From contig JBODTK010000122.1 in the NCBI GenBank assembly GCA_050613775.1, forward strand, positions 310,001-374,000: a stretch of DNA of 64,000 nt, written 5' to 3'. This DNA is from Neocallimastix sp. 'constans' (taxonomy: Eukaryota). This document shows, one piece after another, positions 15,301 through 28,201 of the stretch; position 1 is the stretch's first letter; the number at the start of each line of letters is the position of its first letter. The position numbers and the translations under genes were made by a program. The notes beneath the pieces are model-generated. The model saw only the letters and a program-made list of their open reading frames with translations, did not search any database and was not told where the DNA came from.

Positions 15301-15726
15301 ATATTTTTATTTCCTCTGGACTTAAGTTTTCACTTTGCTTTTTTATTTCGTCACAATCAAAATTTTGATTTAAAAGTTGTGTATATAAATGTGATTTGCT
15401 CAATAAATCTTGTCTTCTTTTTTCTTCAGATGATTTATTTCTGTATTATTTAATATAAAGTTAGGATATAATATATATTGTTTTTGTATTAATAATATTA
15501 TATAATTATTTATTTTTTGTATTTAAAGTTTTAATAGATAATTATGTGACAATGTATAGATGTCTTTTTATTTATTTATTTATTTATTTATTTATTATTT
15601 CCTTTTATTTCCTTTTATTTATTTTATTTTATTTAATTATGTTTATACTATTTTATAAGATTAAATATTGAAAAATAATACAAATAATACTAGTACAATT
15701 ACTACTACTACTACTACTACTACTAC

Positions 15727-15764
<38 letters not shown>

Positions 15765-16504
15765 TACGTTATTGCTGGTAGTTTTCCTTTTAAAAAATCG
15801 TGATTATATATGTATTCTTCTTCAAAAATATTTTTTATTTTTGGTTTAAATATCTTGTTTTTATATTCTGATGGAATTACAGTTCTTGTCTTTAAATTTT
15901 AACAATGAAATATTATAAAAATAATATTTAATGTTATTATATTTTTTCGAATAATACTCATTATTAATATAAAAATTTTTTTAAATAAAAATTATTACTA
16001 TGTATGTTTTATTTTGTTTTGCTTCTAATTTATTAAATAAAGGTTTTTATTATATCATATTATTACCATAAAATCTTCAACTTTTAAATTTAATAAAGAA
16101 CATGTTAAGTCAATTTGTCTTTGCCCAAATCTGTATACTAAACCTTTTATAAATGTATTTTTTTCTTCATCAGGCATATTTCCAAAAGCTGTCCACAGTA
16201 AACGCATATCATGTGAAGTATAACCATTATAACCCATAATTGAATTAACTTCTTGGTCAGTTATAGAATTACTTTTTAAAATTTTTAATTTTCCTTGATT
16301 TTCTTGTTGAAGTAATTTTGGTAAATCATTCATATATCGAAGATTTGAATTGCTCATACTAAAATTAAAATTAGAATTTTGATTAGGGATTTCATTACCT
16401 TCACTGATATCTTTTTTACTGCTAAAGCTTCCATTTTTAGATTTTAAATTATTACTCTTATTCTTATTCTTTTTTTTACTAATACTATAATTTGAGAAAT
16501 TCAT
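11641..16504 (-). CDS. Tandem-GAF / PAS-like / class III nucleotidyl-cyclase-like / TPR-like protein, multi-exon, catalytic residues degenerate
   Basis: GAF motifs CVLSTPIFAPDNCKVIGILEVINKK...FSVEDE and HPLYNKEVD...MICVPVKNSEGKVIGVFQLINK...YTVKDE; cyclase-like DFGLAITSGPAI; C-terminal ELGLAEFHSKNWIGALNHFKKSFILSNDGPSKAMMQRC. Stop at 11641-11643. Some exon boundaries are uncertain. Confidence 0.75.
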
Positions 16505-16974
16505 TTTTTACAAATTAAAATTTTTTTATTGTATTTTAATATAAATCTTTTTATTTATATTAAGAAATAAATGAATGATATATTTTTTAATAATAATAAT
16601 TATAATAATAATTATTATTAATAATATTTCGAAAAATTTTAGGATATAATTTGTATGAAAAAGGAAAAATAAAAAAGATTTAAAAAAAAAAAAAGATAAA
16701 TAATATAATTATAAATATATATAACTTTAATTAATAATATTTAAAATTCTATATTTGATAGAAAAAAAATTAAAAATAAAAATTAACAAAAAAAAAATTT
16801 CCAGTCATAAAATATTAATAAATATATTGTAAATTTATTTGCTAATATGTTTAATATATTTATTTTTTTAAATCTTGAATATTTAGGGTTAAGTTGACCA
16901 TAAATTTCACAATTATTATTATTCTATTTAAAATACTGTGTGGTTACACAGTATTTAAAAATTTTAGTGTAAAA

Positions 16975-17137
<163 letters not shown>

Positions 17138-17847
17138 ATATCAAAATACAAAAAGAAAAGAAATAATAATGAAATAGATAAAATAAAAATATTTTAAAAA
17201 TTAATAATTTATTAACAACTTCCTTAATAATTAATTAAAAGTAAAAAAAAAATTATATTTATTAACAACTTCCTTTAATTTTTTTTTCTTTCAATTAATT
17301 ATTATTATTAGTATTATTTAGTATTATTAGTAATAGATAAAAATGGAGTATAATTATATATAATTATATAATTTTAAGCATTATTAATTTTAAATTTAGT
17401 ATTAAGTAATAGAATAAAGAATGAAATATATAATAATTTGTTTTTGAAACTCTTCTTATACAATTTCTACATTACACCTTACCTTAATATACTATAATTT
17501 ATAATATATAAAAGAAATAAAGATTTTATATCCATCTATCTATATATTTATATAATATTAATATTTTTTAATATTTCTAATAATAAATTAATAACATTGT
17601 AGCATTATTTAGATCATTATTTCTTCATCCTATATACCAGTTTTATTATTAAATCTGTTTTGACTAATAAATATTTTTAAAATAAAAAATTTTAATTAAT
17701 AATTAATTGTATATATTAAAAATTAAAATTTTAATGGATTTTAAGAATTAGCAAATTTTATGAATTATGTGATTCCATAAAAGGATTTTTATTATTTCCA
17801 AAAATTAGAGCAAATTGAAAGAATACTTTTTAATAATATTTTTATAA

Positions 17848-17895
<48 letters not shown>

Positions 17896-18419
17896 AATTA
17901 ATAAATAAATAAATAATAAATAAATAATAAATAAATAAATAATAAATAAATAATAAATAAATAAATAATAAATAAATATAATAAATAAATAAATAATAAA
18001 TAAATAAATAAGAGTGAATATTATGAAGATTATATAAATAAATAAATTTGAAAATTTTTTGTATTATGACATTAAAAAAAATTTAACTATTATTTCTTTT
18101 TTAAATAAAAATATTATTATTACCATTATATATATTTTTATTAAATTTTTAAATTTTTTTATAATATTTTTTTTTTTTTTTTTTTTTTTTTTAATAAATA
18201 TATATATATATTTTTTATTATAAAATATTTTTCAAATAGAATCTATTAGAATATTTAAAAAGTCTAACTACATTATTTAATATATACCCTATTATTTAAT
18301 GTATAAAAGTAATATATAGAATTATATAAATATAAAATTATATAATTATATATTAATTATTGTAATATCCAATATTAATTAATAATTATTAATAAACAAA
18401 ATTTAAATATAAAACATTT

Positions 18420-18452
<33 letters not shown>

Positions 18453-18635
18453 CAAACTTATAATTATATATAAAATTAATTTAAAAAGAACACTTTTTTA
18501 TTTAAAGGAATATTTTTAAATTTGAAGATAAAATAAAAGGTAATATAAAATAATAATTGATATATACTAGATATTATAAGATTTATATTAATGTTTTATT
18601 ATATTTATTTAATTTTTCTTCATATATATTTTAAG

Positions 18636-20651
18636 ATGGAAGGTCCAGTTGTTCATATTACTAATGCTGCTGAATTCAAGCAAAAGGTTATCAATGCTGA
18701 TAAAAAGAAATTGGTTAGTATTTAATTTTATAATGTTATATATAAAAATAATAAATAAATAAATAAATAAAAATAAATAAAATGAGATTTTAAGTTAAAC
18801 AATTATTAAAATTTTCTCTCAAAATTATTTAATGAAATTTATATCAAATTAATATCCATTTATATTTTTTATATTAAAATATATGTAAAATCAAAATATA
18901 TATAATAAATATATATTTAGGTTGTTGTTGATTTCTTTGCTACTTGTAAATATTAAATGAAATTTTAAATACTTATGAAAAGAAAATTTAGATTATGATT
19001 ATAAATCGACAATATATTTTGAAATTAAAATATCAAAGATCAATTTCAAAATTTAATATTCATATAAAACATATTTTATTCTTAAATTTTTATTAATAAT
19101 AATAATAATACTTTAGGGTGTGGTCCATGTAAACAAATTTCACCTTTCTACAATCAACTTAGTTTGAAATACAGGTAATTTTCATATTAAAGTATTAATT
19201 TTATTCTATATCAAATTACCTCATAAATAATTAATGATTTAATTTATATAATTAATGATATAATATATATAAATATAAAAAGACATGTAATTTTTACTAA
19301 AGTTGATGTTGACCAAGCTAAAGTATGCTATAATGATTTCAAATATTAAAAGTTTTCAATAAATTTAAATAAGCTATTTATATATTGTGTTTAATATTTG
19401 TTTAATATTTTTTTTTTTGTAAGGATGTTGCTCAAGGATGTTCCATCACAGCCATGCCAACTTTCCAAGTAAAATTTCTATTTTTTTAATAACATAATTT
19501 TTATGTAATTTAATGTTAAAATTCATTTCATTTTTATAAATTAATAGTTTTATCGTGCTGGTGCTAAAGTTGCTGAAATGAGAGGCGCTAATCCATCCAA
19601 ATTAGAAGCCACTGTTAAGCAATATCAAGGTGAAGCTACTGACGCTCCATACAGTGTACCAGGACATGTAAGTAAAAAGAATTAAGTATTTTTTTTTTTT
19701 TAAAAAAAAAAAAATAATAAAAATAATTAATCATATATATATTAATAAATAAATATATTACCAATAAATAAGTCTGATTTAGGTGATTTTATTGATAAAA
19801 CCCAAGTTCATGCTTTAAATCAAGCAACTGACCATGATGTTATGAATATTTTAAAGAATGATAATTCTTATTTGGAATCTGAAGCAGATGAGCAACTTAT
19901 TATTGTTGTTCCATTTACATGTGCAGTAAAATTACATTCTATAAAATTCAACGCTCCAACTGGTATTGTGAAAAATTAAAATTAATATATATAATATTAA
20001 AAACAAATTAATTTATTGGCAATTTTTTTTTAAAATTAAAAATTGATTATTATAAATAATTATATATATAATTATTAATAAATTAATGAAATAAGACAAA
20101 GGTCCAAGAACCGTTAAAACTTTTATTAATTTAAAGACTCTTGATTTCGACGAAGCAGAAGATTCAAAAGAAACTGAAATTCTTGAATTAACTGAAAAAG
20201 ACTTTGAACCATCTAATGTTACGAATTTAAAATTTGTTCGTTACCAATTTGTTACTAGCATTGTGTAAGTTATGCATATATATATTAAATCATATATATA
20301 TATATAATATTTTTTTTTTCTATTATTAATAATAATAATAACAATAATAATAATAACAATAAATAATATTAATAATAATAAAGGAAATATATATATATAT
20401 AAATACTATCAAATTTTTATATATAATTATTTAATATTAAACACTTTTTATTTATTTATATTCATTTATGTATAATTATTTTTATATATTATTATTTTTA
20501 TAAAATATATTATAAAAGTCTTTTCGTTGAAAGTAATTTAGGTGATGAAGAAACAACAATAATTAATCAAATTAACTTTATTGGTACACCTTTAGAAACT
20601 ACTAATATTAAGGACTTCAATCAAGGACAAGATAATCAACAACAAAAGTAA
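18636..20651 (+). CDS. TXNL1: Thioredoxin-like protein 1 (thioredoxin + PITH domain), many short exons
   Basis: Spliced: MEGPVVHITNAAEF...VVVDFFATWCGPCKQISP (Trp codon split by an intron), FTKVDVDQ, ITAMPTFQF, then PITH-type YLESEADEQLIIVVPFTCAVKLHSIKF, GPRTVKTFIN, LKFVRYQFVTSI, FVESNLGDEETT...IGTP. TAA at 20649-20651. Confidence 0.92.
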
Positions 20652-20775
20652 AAAATAGTAATCAGTGATAATCCAAACTCATAAAAAAAAAAATAAAATA
20701 AATATAGTAAAAATAAAAATAAAGGTTAATTTATGAAAATTGATCAGAATAATATTTATGAAACTATTTATTTAT

Positions 20776-20809
<34 letters not shown>

Positions 20810-21078
20810 AAATAATAATAATAATCAAGAACAATTATAAAATATTTCATCATAAAAACAATATAATATAAAAATTAACTTTTTATTACAAAAATAAAAA
20901 AATAAAAAAAAAAAAAAAAAGCAAAAAATAAATAACAATATTAAAATAAAAATTAAATATATAATAGAAATAAAGACTCAAAACAAATAAGACAAACAAA
21001 CCAACAAACAAACAAAAAAAAAAAAAAAAAAAATTTTTTTTAATATATATATATATAATAAAAATAAAAATAATAAAA

Positions 21079-21117
<39 letters not shown>

Positions 21118-21478
21118 TTAAAAAAAAGAATATATATATTTTTTATTTTTTATTATATTAAGTTTATTAATTAATTAATTATTTATTAATTATTTATTAA
21201 TTAATGATTGATTGATGGATGATTAATTCAAAAGGAATTAATTATGGTATTAATAAATAAGAATTAAAAATATTGATTGTATTTTATTGCATTTTATTGT
21301 GTTTATTAAATTTCAAATTTAAAATGTTATTTTATTTTATTTATTTATATTTTTATTGTTGATAATATTTGTTGTTTATTTGTTTGCTGTTAACATAAAT
21401 ATATTTATTAATATTTTTTTTTTTTTATAAAGATAATTATTATCATTGTTAATGTGTGATATATAATAATTTTTTTTT

Positions 21479-22101
21479 TTATACAGAAACAAATGGAAAG
21501 TTAACATCAAAGAAAATATAGAGATATTGATCTGGATTTTTTAATATTTGATATGGTTCATTATAAATTTCTACATCATCAACAATCATATCTAAGATTT
21601 CATTATCATTTGGTTCATGAGGTGCATTTGGATCAATTGGTTCTTCCGGAGGTAATTCAATAACCTTTTTCTTTTTCTTTACGGTTTTCTTTTTTTTAGC
21701 TCCGAAACTTGGTAATGCTGATTTCTTTTTTGTTTCTCCATTCTTCTTCTTTTTTTTAGTCACTTTTTTTTTAATTGGTGGTTTTGGAGGAGGCGGAGGT
21801 GGTGGTTCATATATATGAATAGGTTGTTGACCTACAACTAATATAGGATATTCATTATCATCACATTTAGTATAACCTTCATCGAATGGTATCATATTTC
21901 CAATAGATTTTAATTTATTAATTCTTGGAAAAAGTTTATAGAGAGGAACATTATATTCTTGATTTTTAGAAAAAAATAATTGTTCATCTTTATCAGTATC
22001 ACTATTATTCTCCAATTCCGTGGTAGATTTCGATTTATTTGAGGATCGGGAATTTGTAATTAAATTTGAATTATTAAGATTAATATTTTGATTTAAATTT
22101 A

Positions 22102-22178
<77 letters not shown>

Positions 22179-22356
22179 GAAGTATTATCATTATTTATAT
22201 TATTTATTAGGTTACTATTATTATTATTTCTAGTATTAATCAATTTTCCATTATTTATTGTCATCATACTATTATTAACATGACTTGTACTCTTATTCAT
22301 ATTTCCATTAATTCCATCAGTGCTCGATCCTTGGGTATATGAAGCATTAGGTATCA

Positions 22357-22428
<72 letters not shown>

Positions 22429-23053
22429 CATAATTATCATAATTGTCATTATCATCACTTGAATCAGAATTATCTGTTTTTGATAAATCATTTTTATAAA
22501 TTAAAATATTATCAGGTAAGAGTGATCCTTCAAAAAGGTGTTTTTTAATTTCCAATTTCAAACGAAATAGTGTCCAACTACATTGAACATTTAAAAACAT
22601 GTCATTGTAAGACCAACTTTTTTGACGCAGTCGACAACGAATCCATGATTCTCTATTTATCCATTCAAATCTATGTAAATCAATAATTGATCTTGGTTTA
22701 GGTTTAATTCCATTTTCATTTTCCTTTTTTTTGTCTTCTTGACCTTCTTCTTTAATTGTATTAAATGATGATAAATTAATAGGCCGATAGAGAGATCCGG
22801 CTTGACTTTCTTGTTGTTCTTTTTTCTTTTTTAATTCTAATTCTTGCCGTTTTCGTTGTACTTGTTCTGAAAAAAAGGGTATGATTGATTCTTGTTCTCT
22901 TAAATTAGGAAAAGGATTTAAAGGTTTACCTGTTAATGGATGATACACAAATGATTTGCAATCAGGATCACCCCATACTGGGGCTTCCTTTTTTTTAACA
23001 ACTTTTTTCTTTTTACCTTTTTTTTTAGAAGAATCATTTGTTTTTTTTTTCAT
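21479..23053 (-). CDS. Uncharacterised 524-aa protein, Lys-rich termini, Asn-rich middle, poly-Pro tract
   Basis: Long intronless ATG-initiated ORF with raised GC and non-repetitive blocks (WGDPDCK, WIRCRLRQKSWSY). No family recognised. Confidence 0.75.
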
Positions 23054-23240
23054 CTTTACAAGTGTTTTAGCTTTAAAATTTTCAAAAATTTACTCAATTA
23101 CTTTATATGTATAATAAATATGAACCGAATAATAATTTACAAAAAAAATTGGAGAATATAAAAATTTTACTCAATTATATATATATATATATATATATTT
23201 AATAAATAATAAATATAAATTGAATAATAATTAATTAACC

Positions 23241-23272
<32 letters not shown>

Positions 23273-24327
23273 GTAGAATAATAATGGAAAAAAAAATTAT
23301 CAATTTTTTTTTATTCTTATTTAATTATCATATAATTATGGTTTTATACTTTGATATTTATATAATTAATTATGTTATAATAGTATAGTATAATAGTAGT
23401 AGATAATATGATTTATTAGTTGAATTTTATTATTCAATTTTCTATATATAAAGGAAAAGAGAAAAAAAGAAACATGTTTAGTATTAATAAATTAATTAAA
23501 TATTAATAATTCATATATAAATTTCCTATTTTATTTCCTTTTTTTTTTCTTAAAAAAAAAAAAAAAAAAAAAAAAACTTTCTATAAATAAATCTGAAAGT
23601 CACATGAATTTTTTATCCGGTGTGATAATATTCAGATAATATATTACATGTTTTAAGTTCTCAAAAAATTCTCTATTAAAGCTTTAATATTAAAAAAAAT
23701 TTTTATTTCATTATAGAAATTTTAAGAATTGTGTTACAAAACATCTATGAAAAAGGAAAATTTAAAAGAAAATAATAATATAAAGAATTATTAAGTAATT
23801 ATACTATTCAAATATTAGAAATTAAAAGAAAAATTAAAATAATACACTATTATAAACATAATGAAACTTTTACGATAAAAAAATGTTATAATTAATATAA
23901 AATTCTAATTTTTTTAATAATGTAATATGTTTAGGAAAAAATAATAATAATGAATGATTAAAGAATAGAAAAAAAAAAATTTTTTTTTTTGTGTTTTTTA
24001 TATCTAATTTTTTTAGAAAAAAAAAAGAAAATAAATTACCAAAAATAGTAAAACACGGCAACGTGGTTAATACGACAATAAATTGATAATTTGTTTTAAT
24101 ATAATGTTTTTAAAAAATTAAAAGTTCTTCTATTGCAAATAATTATTATATAATTATTATATTATAATTATTATCTTTAATCTTTACATACACAATATTT
24201 ATTATCATTATTATTTTTATTATTATTTGATTAAAATCATTCAATATTTTACTATTTTTCTTTTTTGATTTCTAATTGTAAAAAATAAATAATAAAATAA
24301 AATAATCATTATTAAATTTTTTTATTA

Positions 24328-24382
<55 letters not shown>

Positions 24383-24589
24383 TTTTTCTAAAAAAATAAA
24401 TTGTATTTATGATATTATCATTAATTATAAATGCGAACATTTGATGTATATTAATGCTTTAAATAAAATATTGATATAATTCTTTTTAATGTTCATTCAT
24501 TTGAATGTTTATTAAATATTAAGTTTCTTAATACTATTATATGAAAATTAGTATGAACCCAAAATATTAATGATTTTTATTATTTTTTA

Positions 24590-24664
24590 GCCATGTTGGT
24601 CCAGTCGGTTAGGACGATACAGGTCACTGTAGAGGGCGGGGTTCGAATCCTCGGCATGGCACCA
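24590..24664 (+). ncRNA. tRNA-like module (pseudo-tRNA) with A/B boxes and encoded CCA; non-canonical anticodon arm
   Basis: Acceptor stem GCCATGT/GCATGGC, D arm GTCC-AGTCGGTTA-GGAC, T arm CGGGG-TTCGAAT-CCTCG, then A-CCA. The anticodon arm TACAG-GTCA-CTGTA has only a 4-nt loop. Confidence 0.8.
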
Positions 24665-25030
24665 AATAATCGGATGAGGTTTCTATCCTGGGATATCATG
24701 AGACCACACGTGATGTCCATAAGGCTTTCCCTCAGATGATTATTTCACCCAACCCTGATACTACGCTTTGAATTGAAGCATAGACCTTGATGATTGTAAA
24801 ATTTCCAATCGCCAATGATTACACCCACTAGGGAGGAGTTAATGGTTCCGTTCTGATGCTCGTGGTCATTAGAGATATATGTAGGAACGTTAGGAATGCA
24901 TCTCCGGGCAGTGTGTAACGACGATTGAGAGCGGCGAAGCTGATACAGTATGCCAATAACTCATCACCTTACAGTTAATTAATAACTGTATGGCCATATG
25001 GGAGATGGGTACCCATATGTGCAAGTCTAT

Positions 25031-25065
<35 letters not shown>
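24590..25065 (+). mobile_element. Candidate tRNA-derived SINE / structured Pol III retroposon with poly(T) tail
   Basis: GC-rich island with a tRNA-like head (24590-24664), a structured body and T34 (25032-25065). Direct repeat TTTTTATTATTTTTTAG at 24574-24590 and 25061-25077. Confidence 0.75.
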
Positions 25066-25067
<2 letters not shown>

Positions 25068-27884
25068 TATTTTTTAGCACTACTACAAATGATTTAATTT
25101 AATTATAAAACATCTTTTTATAGAATTATGTACTTTTGAATTATATGAAAATAAATAAATAAAAATATAAAAAGATAAATATAAAGATAATTAAATATTT
25201 TAAATAAATAAATAAATAAATAAGTAAATAAATAAATAAATATATAAATGATAAATGAATAAACAGATAATGAATAATAATGAATAAAAATAAATAATAA
25301 ATTACACTATCAATATAATTATATTGAATGAATCTGTTGTTCTTTATTTTATATTTTGATAGGTTTTAATGATAATTCATCAATTCTTCATATATTCATT
25401 ATATAAAAGTATTAATGAATAATCAATATAAATTTTAATAAATCAATAATTAATTTTTTTCATTTTATTAAGCATTAATAAAATGATATAAAATAAAATT
25501 ATTTATTCATTAAATTTAAATTTTCATCATTAAATTTAAATTTTTATCATTAAATAAATTTTTATTATTAAATAATTAATATATAAATATATAAATATAA
25601 AAAAAAGGAAATTATATGGATTGATTATATCGTTATTTTATTGATACAATAAATTACCTTTATATTAAATATATATTAAAAAATTAAAAATTCATGATAT
25701 TTATTAGTATTTTTATAATTTATAATTATTTATTAAACTAAATTTATTTGAAAATAAATAAATAAATAATAAATATAAAACAATATAAAATAGTATAAAA
25801 AAATATATTAAAAATATTTTTTAATTTTTGGATACTACCAAAATAAACTAGAATGTTTTATAATATATTAATGTAATATATTGTATTATATTATTTTCAA
25901 TATAGTATATTAAGTAATAAAAGGTTATATAGATATCCATATTATAAGTAATACAATTACTCATAAATAACTGTATTTATTATATTTATTACTGACATAA
26001 ATATAATAAATACAGTTTTATTAAAAAATATTTATTAATCTTTTAAAAAATAATTGTTGACTTATTAACACTTATTAATTTTATAATTTTTTATTTATTG
26101 TAATTTTATTTATTTATTTATTTAATTTTATATTATTTATTTTATATTTATAAATATAAAATTCTTCATTTGTCTATCTATCAATTTATATATATATATA
26201 TATATATATATTTAATATTAAATAATTTATTTATATATTATTAGATATATTCATTCTATTTTAAAATATTTTATTTATTTATTTTTTAAGAATATATTCA
26301 TTTAAATATAATAATATTATGATTTGGATTAAATTTAATTTAAAAAAAAAAAAAAAAAATTGTTAATATAATAAATTAATACATATTTTGATTTTTGTTT
26401 TGAAAATATAAATTTTTTAAATTTAAAAGATTTTTTTATTTTTTATTTTTAATATTTTTATTAATAATTTAAATAAAATCTCTTTGTAATGAACAATTTT
26501 AATTATAATTCATTTGAATAATATAGATACTTATTTCAAGTTAAAAAAGTAAATAATTTAAAATATTTTTCCATAATTAATACATAGATTGTTATATTTG
26601 AACCAAGAATTAATAATTAATTATTTAATTTTAAAAGTCTCTATGTTAATGGTTAACAAATAATAATAATAGATATATATTAAAGAAAAAAAAAATAATT
26701 CTAACAAATGAAATTTTATTAATTATAATCTAAAAGAAATAATATCAATTATCAAATAGAATAATATATAAAATTGTATGTATATATATTTATTTATTAT
26801 ATAATTATAAGCAATAAATATCAACTTTTTTGAATTTTGATATTGAAAGTAAAAAATAAATTAAATTTATTCAAGAAGTTTTTAAGTATTTTAAATTTAT
26901 TATACTTTCAAAATCTATATCAAATATTATCATATAAATGAACATATGAAAAAATAAAATAAGTCTAAAAATGATAGTATGTTAGTTTTTAAAATAATTA
27001 ATTGGAATGAAAAAAATATATTTTAAAAATTATTCAATATAAAAAGGTATAATTTAAAAGTTAAAAAATTTAGTTATTACAATTATGAAATTCTTCCGAG
27101 GTTTGGAATGTTATTAATGTATACATATATTTTATTGAAAAAATAAATAAGAAAAAGCAGTATTAATAATAGAACAAGATTTAAATTATAAATTAAATGT
27201 TAAACTTGAAATTAAAAAAGAAAAAATTTATAAATTATGAATTAAAAGTAAAAATTAAAATAAAATGTTAAAAAGTAAAAAACCTTAATATGATTATTTG
27301 AAATAATATATATAATTAAATAAAATATAAAGTGGAGAAAATATGCATAGTAATATGCTTTTCTGATGAAATATTTGAAATTTTTATTTTTATATTTTAT
27401 AAACTATATGAAAATAATAATAATAAAGATAATAAAATTTTAAGGAAAAGGATATATTTGAATTATTAAAAATTTTATATATGTATTTTATTTTTATTTA
27501 TATTAATATTTAAATAAAAATAATAAACTAACTTTTTTTTTTTTCTCATTTTGTTTATATATATATATATTGTATAAATTATAATACTTTTTTATTATTA
27601 ATATATATTATTTGTATCAGTATAATAACAATTAATATAATAAATAACTTCTGTTATTATTATAAATATTTTTAAATATTTAAAGTAATAATAACAGTTT
27701 TGTATATATAATTCACAAATTTGATAAATATTATATATTTCATTATATAAAAACTTTATTAGAAATATTATTATTTGATAAAAAAAAAAAAAAAAAGAAT
27801 TATTATTATAAACTTTGTAAAACAAATTTATAGATAAAAATCTATTATTATATTTTATTTTAAAGAATAATTATATAACTTAAA

Positions 27885-28168
27885 ATGTCTGACGAACCAA
27901 GGTCAAAAACAGATGAACTTTTAGAGCGTAGAAGACAAAGAATAGAACGTTTAGCAGCAAAACGTGCGGCTGCTAATTCGCCATCAACCCCAACATCATC
28001 AGTAGAAAAACCATCATCACCGAATTCAGTTCCAAAAGTGGAAGATGATAAAAAAAATGAAAATGGAAATAAAGAAAATACTGATAATGAGATTTTAGCT
28101 TTAGAAAAATTAATGAAATCGGTTAGTAAATGAAAAATTAAGAATATATATTTTAATTTTATTTTTTT

Positions 28169-28201
<33 letters not shown>

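Noticed and set aside
24590..24664. Functional tRNA-Asp(GTC) gene
   Set aside because: No 7-nt anticodon loop with U33 can be formed, and there is no T-run terminator immediately downstream.
24840..24900. Hammerhead ribozyme in the element body
   Set aside because: CTGATGC rather than CTGATGA, and no properly placed GAAA; the core is not satisfied by eye.
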